From Burkholderiales bacterium (GTDB taxonomy: Bacteria > Pseudomonadota > Gammaproteobacteria > Burkholderiales > SG8-39), in assembly GCA_046347635.1 (NCBI GenBank), contig JAXMFT010000003.1, forward strand, positions 215,551-279,550: 64,000 bases of DNA, in the 5' to 3' direction. The notes beneath the pieces are model-generated. The model worked only from the letters and a program-made list of their open reading frames with translations. It searched no databases and was not told the DNA's origin. Positions 29,944 to 38,889 of this stretch are shown here, piece after piece. The position numbers were made by a program, and so were the translations under genes. Position 1 is the stretch's first letter. Each line of letters opens with the position of its first letter.

Positions 29944-31917
29944 CTATGCCGGAATCTTGAGCCGGCTCTTGATGATCTTGCGCGTCGGCGTGAGCGGCAT
30001 CTCGGGCGTGATCACCAGCCGCTCGGGCAGCTTGGTCTTGGCGATGTTGTGCTGCACGAGAAAGTCCACCACCTCTTGCAGCGAGAGCGAATCCGCGCCC
30101 GGGCGCAGGCTCACGAAGCAGCACGCACGCTCGCCCAGCACGGGGTCAGGCATCGGCACGATTGCCGACTGGAGAATCTTCGGATGGGAATCGAGCAAGT
30201 CTTCGACGTCGCGCGGATTGAACTTGACGCCACCGCGGTTGATGATGTCCTTGTTGCGTCCGGTGATGGCGACGTTGCCCGCGGCGTCGATCCGCGCCAG
30301 ATCACCGGTCCGATACCAGCGGTCGGCCGTGAACGCCGACCGATTGGCGTCGTCGTTGTCGAAGAACCCCGGGAACAGCGAGCAGCCCCGCACCTGCAGT
30401 TCGCCTTCCTCGTTCGTCGCACAGGGCCTACCGTCGGCTGCGAGGACTCGCACCTCGGTGCCGGGGCTCGGCCGTCCCGCGCTTTCGGCTGCGACGTCGA
30501 GCGCATCGCCCGGCCGCGTGTAGAGCGCCCCTTGAGTTTCCGTCATGCCCCAGAGCTGCGTCACCGCACAGTCAGGCAGCTTCGCTTGGAGCCACCGCAT
30601 GAGCTCCGGCGGGCACGCGCTCCCCGACAGGATGACCAACCGCAGCGAGCCGAAGTCGTGCTTCTCGAACAATCCCTGCGCCCGGCAGGCGGCAAGGTGC
30701 GCCGGGCCGGCCCACAGGCCCGTAGGCCGCTCGCGCTCGATCGTGAGCGCGAGTTCCGGCGGAGAAAACACGGGAAGGAGCACCGCAGCCGCGCCCGCCG
30801 ACCAGGCGACGTGGAGGCTGTAGAGTCCGAACAGGTGCGAAAAAGGCGCGGCCGACAGGACCCGAGCGGCGCTCGTGACACCGTGTTCCGTCGTGCCCAG
30901 GCGTGCGTTCGACAGCATCGTGTGATAGCTGTGCGGAACCGCCTTGGGTGCCGAGGTCGTTCCGGAGGTGTACAGGAGCAGGAAGGGATCGCTCGCCGCC
31001 GGGGCCGGCTCGGACCGCACGTCGAGCGGCGGCGATGCTTCGATCAGCTCGGCAAGGGATAGCGTGCCTCCGATCTTTTCGCCGAAAGCGATCACGGTCT
31101 TCAGCGTGGGGATCGACGCCTTCATCGAGCAATACGCCTCCGCCGGGGACCAGTCCTTGCCCCGAGCGAGACAGATCGCCGCGGACGCACGCGCGTGCGA
31201 GAGCAGCGAGGCGAGCTCGCTGTCCCGATAGGCCAGATGAATCGGGCACATGACGGCACCGAGTCGGCAGATCGCCAGGTATGCGAGCACGAACTCGACC
31301 ACGTTGGGCAACTGCACCGCGACCACCTCGCCCTTCGCAACCCCGGCGAATCGCAGGCCGTGCGCCAGCCGCGCGGCGCGGTCCGCGAGCTCGCGCCAGG
31401 ATATCGTGACCGCGCCGTGGATCAGCGCTGGCGCTGCGGGCCGTTCTTCGGCATGGCGCGCGATCCACGCGCTGAGCGTGTCGTCTCCGCGCCACCAGCC
31501 GCGCCCGAGATACTCGCTCACCCGCTGCGGCTCGAACCCCATTGCGGCGCGCAGACGCAAGGCGTCCGGGCTGAAACGGAAGCGATCCTCGAGGCGCGTC
31601 ACCTTCTCCGCACGAAAGCGCCGGCCGCCGCCCAGGTCGAGCAGGTACGCCTGCCGTCCGGTCTGCAGCCGCCTGGATTCCTCGGTGTTGCGAATGAACA
31701 TGACCTGCTCGCGGGTGAGGCCGATCCGCTCCGCGATCTGCGCGTCGGTTAGCCCCATCGCCTCGCGCTGGCGCTCGATCTCGGCGAAGTCGAGCGTGCG
31801 CACCGGATCGCCCTCACGCACCTGAAGGTTGTGGCTCATCCCGAACACGACTTCGCCGAACGCCCGAATCAGCTCGTCGGTGATGCCGATCTGGTCACGC
31901 GTCAAGCCCCGCGCCAT
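29944..31917 (-). CDS. Acyl/aryl-CoA ligase (AMP-forming, DhbE/EntE-like core) with ~125-aa N-terminal extension
   Basis: ATG 31917 (MARGLTRDQIGITDELIRAF...) lies 4 nt after the stop of the upstream gene. The core motifs LLYTSGTTSAPKAV and YRTGDLARIDAAGNVAITGRNKDIINRGG are present. Residues 1-125 have no counterpart in standard ligases. Confidence 0.75.
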   Translation of the reverse strand: MARGLTRDQIGITDELIRAFGEVVFGMSHNLQVREGDPVRTLDFAEIERQREAMGLTDAQIAERIGLTREQVMFIRNTEESRRLQTGRQAYLLDLGGGRRFRAEKVTRLEDRFRFSPDALRLRAAMGFEPQRVSEYLGRGWWRGDDTLSAWIARHAEERPAAPALIHGAVTISWRELADRAARLAHGLRFAGVAKGEVVAVQLPNVVEFVLAYLAICRLGAVMCPIHLAYRDSELASLLSHARASAAICLARGKDWSPAEAYCSMKASIPTLKTVIAFGEKIGGTLSLAELIEASPPLDVRSEPAPAASDPFLLLYTSGTTSAPKAVPHSYHTMLSNARLGTTEHGVTSAARVLSAAPFSHLFGLYSLHVAWSAGAAAVLLPVFSPPELALTIERERPTGLWAGPAHLAACRAQGLFEKHDFGSLRLVILSGSACPPELMRWLQAKLPDCAVTQLWGMTETQGALYTRPGDALDVAAESAGRPSPGTEVRVLAADGRPCATNEEGELQVRGCSLFPGFFDNDDANRSAFTADRWYRTGDLARIDAAGNVAITGRNKDIINRGGVKFNPRDVEDLLDSHPKILQSAIVPMPDPVLGERACCFVSLRPGADSLSLQEVVDFLVQHNIAKTKLPERLVITPEMPLTPTRKIIKSRLKIPA

Positions 31918-31921
31918 GGCC

Positions 31922-32866
31922 TCAGCCCTCCCCCGCCTGCGGAGCGCGGGTCGCGGCCCGCAGCGATTCGGTTCGGCTGATCGGGTCGGCCTGCGGCGCC
32001 TGGGTCGCGAGAGGACAGACGCGCATGCATTCGAAGCACTGCGCAAACCACGCCCCCGATCCGGCCGAGACCTTGTACCAGAGCATCTTCCGGTCCGGAT
32101 CGAGCAACCCTTCCGCGCCGCGGGAGCGTACTTCGTCGCGCACCGCCTCGGCGAGCATCTTGGGAACGGTCTCGTACTCCTGTGTGAACTCCGCGCACGC
32201 GGCCATGTCGTAGCGCATCCGCTTCTGCCTGCCCCGGTCGTCGACTTCGCCGGCGAGGCACTGCGCCGGGCAGAACTTCATGCAGGGCGTCCGCCCGGTC
32301 GCGCGATACAGCGACACGCAGGAAGGGGCCGGGCAGGGGTTGTCCTTCATGGGCGCGTCCGGCGGCAACGCGAGCTCGGTGAACACCGACGCGTAATACA
32401 TGAATCCGAACTCCGGATGCAGCAGGATGTCGCCGGCAAAGGAGCGCGCACCGATGCCTGCGATCTCCGCGTGCAGCTTCAGGCTCTGCAGCGGTACGCG
32501 TGGTCCGCCCTCCGGATCCAGGTCCGGCGGCACGTAGGCCGAAGGCACGCCGAATTTCTGCTCGATGAAGAATGCGCAGCCATAGGCGACCGAGTACGCG
32601 CGCACCTCGGTCGAGCCCGAATACGCCATGGCCTTCGCCGGGAGCTGCCAGGCGCCGCGGGTCTGACCGCCCACCCCGAGCGAGATGACCGATTTCACGC
32701 GCGGCATCAGGTCCGTGGGTCGGTGGCCCGGGGGCGCGATGCGCTCCAGCACTGCGAGATCGGCGACGCCAACCGCAAGCGCGCCGCGCCGCTTGCAGTA
32801 GTCGACGATCGCCTGCTTAGCCGCCGCCGGATCGACCGGCGCGGCGCCCTCGCCCGGATGTCTCAT
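31922..32866 (-). CDS. QueG/reductive-dehalogenase-superfamily Fe-S protein, paralog A1
   Basis: 314 aa with RBS GAAGAGG. The N-terminal RRGALAVGVADL segment and LLHPEFGFMYYASVFTELALPPD resemble QueG. The Cys motifs are C-x4-C-x11-C-x3-C-x3-C and QCFECMRVCP. No Tat signal or TM segment is present. Confidence 0.65.
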   Translation of the reverse strand: MRHPGEGAAPVDPAAAKQAIVDYCKRRGALAVGVADLAVLERIAPPGHRPTDLMPRVKSVISLGVGGQTRGAWQLPAKAMAYSGSTEVRAYSVAYGCAFFIEQKFGVPSAYVPPDLDPEGGPRVPLQSLKLHAEIAGIGARSFAGDILLHPEFGFMYYASVFTELALPPDAPMKDNPCPAPSCVSLYRATGRTPCMKFCPAQCLAGEVDDRGRQKRMRYDMAACAEFTQEYETVPKMLAEAVRDEVRSRGAEGLLDPDRKMLWYKVSAGSGAWFAQCFECMRVCPLATQAPQADPISRTESLRAATRAPQAGEG

Positions 32867-32929
32867 ATCGCCTCTTCCGCGTTCACGCGCTGCGCAGGGC
32901 GGTGGCCCTCGACTTGGGAGCGGGCGCGC

Positions 32930-33895
32930 TCAAACGTGCCGCCGCCACTGCGGGCCGACCGGTTTCACAGCAATGGATCCTCGCTCGCGACCAAGCGTGA
33001 CGCCGGCAGGGAAGTCGTCCCGGCGGTGCGGCGAGGCCTGGACGGCGGCCGCATCCTCGCCCACCGGGCAGACATGCAGGCACTCCATGCAGCCGGTGAA
33101 CGCGCCCTGGCGCAGCACCGCGAGTCCTTGCCAGAGCTCACGGGTCGCTGCGCTGTCGACGAGTTGCTCCCGCTCCTCGCCGTGCGCGGCGAAGAGCGCC
33201 TTGAAGTGATCGACGAAAGCATCGGGACCGAAGGGATGCGCGCTCTTCAGGCACGCGGCCGCGTCGATTCCGCGCACCGCGGCGAGATCCGCGCCCGCGG
33301 CGGCGCGCAGCGGGATCGCCTTCTCGGGGCAGATCGCAGCGCAGCGGCCGCAAGCCTCGAGCCCGAGGCACAGCTCGGTCGCGAGCGGCGAATCGTGCTC
33401 GAGCGCGAGGTTGGTGAGCAGCCCTCCGAAATAGACGCGCGGGCCGTATTGAGGGGTGAGCACGGCGTTGTTCAGCCCCCACGTGCCCAGTCCCGCTTCG
33501 ACCGCGGCGGCGCGCAGCAGGCGTGAACCCTGTCCGGCCGGCGTGTTGCCCGCAGCGCTCGTCTCGCGCGTGAAATCGACGAACAGCGCGGGCAGGAGCG
33601 CGGCCATCGCGCCGCTGCGTTCCAGCCAATAGCCGAGCTCCCTTCCGGCGGTCTCCATGACCTGGGCGAGCTGGCCGCAAGAGAAGTGCTTCTGCCGCCG
33701 GTCGAGCGCCCCGCTCACGCCGTTCGGGATGTGCTTGCCGAGCACGAGCAGCGTCTTCAGCGTCGTGGAGACCGCCCCCGGCCGGTCTTCCGCCGGCAGC
33801 GTCGCATCCAGACGGTCGGTGCTCGCGAATCCCACCAGGTCGAATCCGCACTCGCGCGCGCGCGCCAGAACGCTCTCCTTGGTCAGCGCCGCCAC
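32930..33895 (-). CDS. QueG/reductive-dehalogenase-superfamily Fe-S protein, paralog B1
   Basis: C-terminal 321 codons of the 639-aa ORF. GTG 33895 is preceded by GGAG and lies 2 nt after the A2 stop. ECGFDLVGFAS, GLGTWGLNNAVLTPQYGPRVYFGGLLT, CLGLEACGRCAAICP and GCMECLHVCP support the call. Confidence 0.6.
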   Translation of the reverse strand: MAALTKESVLARARECGFDLVGFASTDRLDATLPAEDRPGAVSTTLKTLLVLGKHIPNGVSGALDRRQKHFSCGQLAQVMETAGRELGYWLERSGAMAALLPALFVDFTRETSAAGNTPAGQGSRLLRAAAVEAGLGTWGLNNAVLTPQYGPRVYFGGLLTNLALEHDSPLATELCLGLEACGRCAAICPEKAIPLRAAAGADLAAVRGIDAAACLKSAHPFGPDAFVDHFKALFAAHGEEREQLVDSAATRELWQGLAVLRQGAFTGCMECLHVCPVGEDAAAVQASPHRRDDFPAGVTLGRERGSIAVKPVGPQWRRHV

Positions 33896-33897
33896 GT

Positions 33898-34899
33898 TCA
33901 GGTCTCCAGAGCCTTGCCGAGTTCGCTGTCGCGGTTGAAGATCTTCACGCGCTTGGCGGGCGGTCCGAGCCAGTTGATCTTGTGGCGCCCGTCCTGCTTC
34001 GCGTGCCGCACGCCCGGCCGGGGCAGGTCCTCGGCCCGCTCGGGGGCCTTGTACATGCCCTTGTAGTCTTCGCCCACCGGACAGACGTACATGCACTCGA
34101 AGCACGCCGCGAACGCGCCGACCTTCGAGTTGACCGACTGCCACCAGTCGCGCACGTACGGGCTCTCCAGCACGGCATCGGCATCGAACGGCCGGTCGGA
34201 GTTGAGCACGCTCTCCAGATTGAGGTGGATGGACCGGATGCCGATGCGCTCGGCGCCGAGCGAGCACTGGCGCTTGTTGAGCGCGCGGTATCCGCGCAGG
34301 CTCGCGTCCTGGGCCACCTCGCGCGGGATGGCATCGGGGGGACAGACGACGCCGCAGCGGCCGCAGGGCAGGCCCGGACAGAGGTCGCGCGTCATCGGCG
34401 GATCGGGCTCCAGCTCCACGTCGGTCATGACGCAGCCGAGGTAGACGCGCGACGCGTAATTCGGCGAGAGGAAGTTCAGGTTGAGCCCGACCGTCCCGAT
34501 CCCGGCTTCCTCGCAGACCCATTTCAGGTCCAGCGTCCCCATGGGTTTGCGCGGATCGAGATCGAGAAACGCCGCCTCGGGCGGCGGCGCGACGCCCAGA
34601 TGGCCGCGCCGCTCGAGCCAGTCGACCAGTTCCATCTGCAGGCGTTCGATGTCGTCCATCGCCATGTGCCCGTTGTGCGACTGGAGCGGAACGTGGCTGG
34701 TGGCGAAGGCCCCGCTCATCATGTGCCGGTAGAAGGCGACGATGCTGCGGTAGCCGAGGCCGGTGCTGGACGGCTTCTGCAGGTTCGGCACCTTGGTCTC
34801 GAACGCCGCAACTGCGACGACTCCCACGCCATCGGCACCGCGTTCGCAAGCGAACGCCTTGAGGTCCTCCTTCAACTGCGATGCTTGCGGATCAGGCAT
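33898..34899 (-). CDS. QueG/reductive-dehalogenase-superfamily Fe-S protein, paralog A2
   Basis: 333 aa with ERGADGVGVVAV, AGIGTVGLNLNFLSPNYASRVYLGCVMTDVELEPD, CPGLPCGRCGVVCP and ACFECMYVCP. Confidence 0.65.
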   Translation of the reverse strand: MPDPQASQLKEDLKAFACERGADGVGVVAVAAFETKVPNLQKPSSTGLGYRSIVAFYRHMMSGAFATSHVPLQSHNGHMAMDDIERLQMELVDWLERRGHLGVAPPPEAAFLDLDPRKPMGTLDLKWVCEEAGIGTVGLNLNFLSPNYASRVYLGCVMTDVELEPDPPMTRDLCPGLPCGRCGVVCPPDAIPREVAQDASLRGYRALNKRQCSLGAERIGIRSIHLNLESVLNSDRPFDADAVLESPYVRDWWQSVNSKVGAFAACFECMYVCPVGEDYKGMYKAPERAEDLPRPGVRHAKQDGRHKINWLGPPAKRVKIFNRDSELGKALET

Positions 34900-34941
34900 G
34901 GATGAAGATCCGTCCAGGGAGCGTTGTGCCAGGGATCCTGG

Positions 34942-35895
34942 TCATTCGGGATGCCGCCGCTGCGGCTTCGATTCGACCGTGACCACGCCATCGGCGACGT
35001 GGCGGTGCACTCCGTCCGGCAGGTCCGCCTGCCGATGCGGCGAGCCCGAGATCGACGCGTAATCGGCACCGACCGGGCATACATCCTCGCAGCGCATGCA
35101 GGACGTGTACGCCCCATCCTTGAGGAAGGTCGCCTCCTGCCACAGCTCGCCGGTGGTGCGGTGCCGGATGAGCTTGTTCACGGCTGCGCGATCGGGCGCC
35201 GCGAACACCGTCGACAGGTAGCGCACGAATGCATCGGCCCCGAAGGGCTGCGCGCTGCGCCGGCAGGCCGCGCTATCCAGGCCGCGGATGGAACCGAGCG
35301 TCGCACCCTGCGGCGCGCGCAGCGGGATCGCGTGCTCCGGGCAGATCGCGGCGCAACGGCCGCAAGCTTCCAGCCCCGGGCAGAGCTCGGCCGAAAGCGG
35401 CTTCCCCTCGGGGAGCGCACAGTCGGTGAGCAGCACCGCAAAGTGCACGCGCGGCCCGAACTCTGGCGTGAGCACCATGTCGTTGAGCCCGAACGTCCCG
35501 AGGCCGGCCTGTACCGCGGCCACGCGCGCTGCGAGCGCCCCCTGGCCGGCCGGGGTGAGGTCCCCTGCATCGCGCGAGCCGAAATCGATCGCCGCGGGTG
35601 CGAGCGGCATCGCCGCCGCCCCGGCCAGCTCGATCGCCGCAGCCAGATGGACCGCGGCCTCGCCCAGCAGCTTCAGCGAGCGCGCCGCCGCGTACTGCTT
35701 GGTGCCCGGATGACCGGCCCACATGACGCCGCTCGGCATGTGCCGCGCCAGCACCACGACGCGCGTCATCTGTTCGGAGATGCGCGCAAGCCGCCGAGCC
35801 TCGGGCAGTTGCCGGTCGACGGCAGCGGCCGACGCGACGCCCAGCCGGTCCACGCTGTGGCGCAGCGCGATGCGTTCCAGGTCATCAAGTTTCAC
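34942..35895 (-). CDS. QueG/reductive-dehalogenase-superfamily Fe-S protein, paralog B2
   Basis: C-terminal 317 codons of the 346-aa ORF. GTG 35895 is preceded by GAGGGA. GLGTFGLNDMVLTPEFGPRVHFAVLLT, CPGLEACGRCAAICP and SCMRCEDVCP are present. It is the closest paralog of B1. Confidence 0.6.
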   Translation of the reverse strand: MKLDDLERIALRHSVDRLGVASAAAVDRQLPEARRLARISEQMTRVVVLARHMPSGVMWAGHPGTKQYAAARSLKLLGEAAVHLAAAIELAGAAAMPLAPAAIDFGSRDAGDLTPAGQGALAARVAAVQAGLGTFGLNDMVLTPEFGPRVHFAVLLTDCALPEGKPLSAELCPGLEACGRCAAICPEHAIPLRAPQGATLGSIRGLDSAACRRSAQPFGADAFVRYLSTVFAAPDRAAVNKLIRHRTTGELWQEATFLKDGAYTSCMRCEDVCPVGADYASISGSPHRQADLPDGVHRHVADGVVTVESKPQRRHPE

Positions 35896-35994
35896 GGCGG
35901 AATTCCCTCGTCGGCCCAAGCGGCAGTGCCGGGAGCAGCCGGCGCGGCGAGTCCGCCGCTCCGTTCCGCCCGTTCGCCCCACGCGGTCGCACGT

Positions 35995-36615
35995 TCATCT
36001 CACGCGCAGGCCGTCGATCAACGTGCGGCAGAAGCTCCGCGCCACGCGCTCGACCGAGACGCCGGGCTCGCGCCCGGCCCAGAACGACACCGAATTGCAC
36101 AGGCCGAGCAGCGCGAGCGTTGCCATGCGCGCGTCGACCGCCGCATCGATTTCGCCGGCTTGCACCCCCTCGCGTACCAGCTCTTCCAACTCCCGCTCGT
36201 AGGCGCGCGCGAGACGCGAGACGAGCGCTTTCGCTTTCCCGGTCAGATGCTGGCGCATGAATACGAACGAATAGGCGTAGTGCTGGCGACTGACGAAGGG
36301 CGTGAGGTGCGCGCGGATGACGGCCTCGATCTTCGCGAGCGGCGCGTCCTTGGCGGCGCGAATCGTCCTGATGTTGCGCAAGAAGGTCTCGCCGCCGAAG
36401 GCGCAAATCGCGCCGAGCAGCGCATCCTTGGAACGAAAGTGATGATAGATGCTGCTCTGCCGGATTCCGATGCGCTCGGCGACCTCGCGCATCGAGCAGC
36501 CATGATACCCAGCGCGCGCGAACACCTCCGCGGCGCCTTCGATCAGCTCGAATTTCCGGCCGCTGAGATCGGCGGCCGTCTCGGCGCCGGTCGGCTGGAC
36601 CGCGGCTTCGCTCAT
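35995..36615 (-). CDS. TetR/AcrR-family transcriptional regulator (TetR-1)
   Basis: 206 aa. RKFELIEGAAEVFARAGYHGCSMREVAERIGIRQSSIYHHFRSK is the HTH. Its start overlaps the stop of the upstream ligase (ATGA at 36612-36615). It is a paralog of the TetR at 48592..49236. Confidence 0.85.
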   Translation of the reverse strand: MSEAAVQPTGAETAADLSGRKFELIEGAAEVFARAGYHGCSMREVAERIGIRQSSIYHHFRSKDALLGAICAFGGETFLRNIRTIRAAKDAPLAKIEAVIRAHLTPFVSRQHYAYSFVFMRQHLTGKAKALVSRLARAYERELEELVREGVQAGEIDAAVDARMATLALLGLCNSVSFWAGREPGVSVERVARSFCRTLIDGLRVR

Positions 36616-38204
36616 TCGGCTCCTCGCGCGCTCTTCAGCAGGTTGGCCGAAAAGCGCTCATCGCCTTGGTCCCGCGCCAGCGCCGCCAGCGACTTCAGTT
36701 CGTGCCGGAGCACCTTGTTCGCGGCGTTGCGCGGAAGCGCCGCGACGCTGAAGTAGGCGCGCGGCCGCTTGTAGTCCGCCAGGGTGCTGTTGCGGCAGTG
36801 CGCATCGAGCTCCTGCGCGCTCGGGGCCGGCGTGCGGCAGACGACGCAGGCGACCACCAGTTCGCCCCAGCGCACGTCCGGTATTCCGACCGCCGCGACG
36901 TCGGCGACGCCGGGGTGGGATGCTAGCGTCGCCTCCACCTCGGCGGGGTGCACGTTCTCGGCGCCCGATCGGATGATGTCGTCCTTGCGGCCCTTCAGCG
37001 TAACGCTGCCGTCGTCGTTCAGCCGCGCAATGTCGCCGGTTCGGTACCAGCCGTCCACCAGTTTCTCGGCCGTCACGTCCGGCCGATCCAGGTACGCGGT
37101 GAAGGTCGTGCCGACCGTCGCGTCCACGAGCAGCTCGCCTTCTTCTCCGGGCGCGACCGCATCCCCGGTTCCGCCGCCGACCCGAACCACCTTCATGGCC
37201 GAGAGATAGCCCGCCGACAGCCGGTCCGGGTTCTCGAGCGGCGCAGGCTCATAGAGGGAGCACATGGTTTCAGTCGTGCCGTAGACATGGCACAGGCGGC
37301 TCTTGAATCCCTTCGCCATGCGCTGCAGCAGTTCGAAGGGCGCCGGCGCCGCACCATAGCAAAGCATGTCGAGGCTGGACAGGTCGCGCGACCCAAATGA
37401 CGGCGACTCGAGCATCAGGTGATAGTGGGTCGGAGTTGCGAACAGATAGTTGATCCGATACCTCTCGATGCCGGCGAGCGCCCGGTCCGGTTCGAATGCG
37501 TTCTGGGCGAAGTAGGTGCCGTTGAAGACGAGGCACGGGATCAGCACGCCGTAGAAGCCGATGGCGTGGTTGAGCGGCATGAAGCCTAGAAAGCGATTGT
37601 GCGTCCCGAAACGCACGTGGGTGATCGCCACCGTATTGACGAGCCGCGCTTCGGTGGCGCGGTGCGGGATCAGCACCGCCTTCGGCAATCCGGTCGTGCC
37701 GGAGGTGTAGAAGATGTATGCCGGGTCGTCCTCGGCCGGACGCGGCGGGCGCTCGAGGCTTCTCGCGTCGCCGCGACACGTTGCGAGACCCTGCGCCACC
37801 CCCGTGCCCGCGCCGGGCACGAGCAGCAACGTCCCGGCCGGAAGCGCCTTGGCCGCCGCATCCACCGCCGCCACGCCCGATCCGATCAGCGCGCCCTTCA
37901 TGCCGCCCTGCGCCAGGAGTTTGCCGACTTCCTCGGGCTTGAGGCGCGGGTTGATCAGCGCCGGTATCGCGCCGATACGAGACAGAGCGAACAGCGTCAG
38001 GATGAGATCCAGGCTGCCCGGCATGACCGTAGCAAACCGGTCGCCCGGGCGTACGCCAAGGGCAGACAATCCCGCAGCGAGCGTCTCGATCTCGGCGGTG
38101 AGCTCGCCGTAAGTGAGACGTCGCTCGCCGCCGTCTTCTGCCAGGGCGAGATGATCGGGCAGTCGCGCCGCCGATTGCCACAGTAGTTCGACCGCGGTCT
38201 TCAT
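36612..38204 (-). CDS. Acyl-CoA ligase (AMP-forming)
   Basis: I prefer ATG 38204 (MKTAVELLWQSAARLPDHLAL...), which is preceded by GAGGGGG. The motifs IFYTSGTTGLPKAV and WYRTGDIARLNDDGSVTLKGRKDDIIRSG are present. Confidence 0.8.
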   Translation of the reverse strand: MKTAVELLWQSAARLPDHLALAEDGGERRLTYGELTAEIETLAAGLSALGVRPGDRFATVMPGSLDLILTLFALSRIGAIPALINPRLKPEEVGKLLAQGGMKGALIGSGVAAVDAAAKALPAGTLLLVPGAGTGVAQGLATCRGDARSLERPPRPAEDDPAYIFYTSGTTGLPKAVLIPHRATEARLVNTVAITHVRFGTHNRFLGFMPLNHAIGFYGVLIPCLVFNGTYFAQNAFEPDRALAGIERYRINYLFATPTHYHLMLESPSFGSRDLSSLDMLCYGAAPAPFELLQRMAKGFKSRLCHVYGTTETMCSLYEPAPLENPDRLSAGYLSAMKVVRVGGGTGDAVAPGEEGELLVDATVGTTFTAYLDRPDVTAEKLVDGWYRTGDIARLNDDGSVTLKGRKDDIIRSGAENVHPAEVEATLASHPGVADVAAVGIPDVRWGELVVACVVCRTPAPSAQELDAHCRNSTLADYKRPRAYFSVAALPRNAANKVLRHELKSLAALARDQGDERFSANLLKSARGAE

Positions 38205-38422
38205 TTCGCCCGCCCCCTCTCGCCGGCGCAACAGCCGGCGATGCCCGCCCGCGGCGCCCGCCATCCTGCTGGCGGCGCCCGCGCGCGCCTATTGACCTAA
38301 CGAACGATCAGTAGGATAGTGGACGGGATACTAGTGCTGCTACCCGATCCGCGTCAACGATCCCGTCAAGAGGTCGCCGAACTCGCGGTCGAGCGCATGG
38401 CAGGCGGGAGGAGATCGCGCGC

Positions 38423-38746
38423 ATGACTCACGTAGTCGTCGAGAGCTGCATCAAGTGCAAGCACACCGATTGCGTGGACGTCTGTCCGGTCGACTGCTTC
38501 AAGGAAGGTCCGAACATGCTCGTCATCGATCCGGACGAGTGCATCGATTGCGCCGTATGCATCCCTGAGTGCCCGGTAAATGCCATCTACGCCGAGGAGG
38601 ACGTACCGGACGATCAGAAACAGTTCATCGCGCTGAACGCGGAGCTGGCGCGGCACTGGCCGACTCTATCCGATGCCAAGGATGCGCTGCCCGACGCTGC
38701 GCAGTGGAAAGACACGAAAGGCAAGTTGCAATACCTCGAGCGCTGA
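38423..38746 (+). CDS. fdxA: 7Fe ferredoxin ([3Fe-4S][4Fe-4S], Azotobacter FdI type)
   Basis: 107 aa. [55 protein letters not shown]...GKLQYLER aligns along its whole length with my recollection of Azotobacter ferredoxin I. Confidence 0.9.
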   Translation: MTHVVVESCIKCKHTDCVDVCPVDCFKEGPNMLVIDPDECIDCAVCIPECPVNAIYAEEDVPDDQKQFIALNAELARHWPTLSDAKDALPDAAQWKDTKGKLQYLER

Positions 38747-38889
38747 GCAAGAGGACGCGTTGCCGCACGAGCGCTCCCTAGCCGCGGCACCCACACGCTC
38801 CGGGGACGCGTGCTGCAGGCCCGCCGCGAACGGGCCATCGGAGTCGGGGCAGTCTTTCGGTAGTTCTGTCGAGACGAGGAGGGTTCGAT

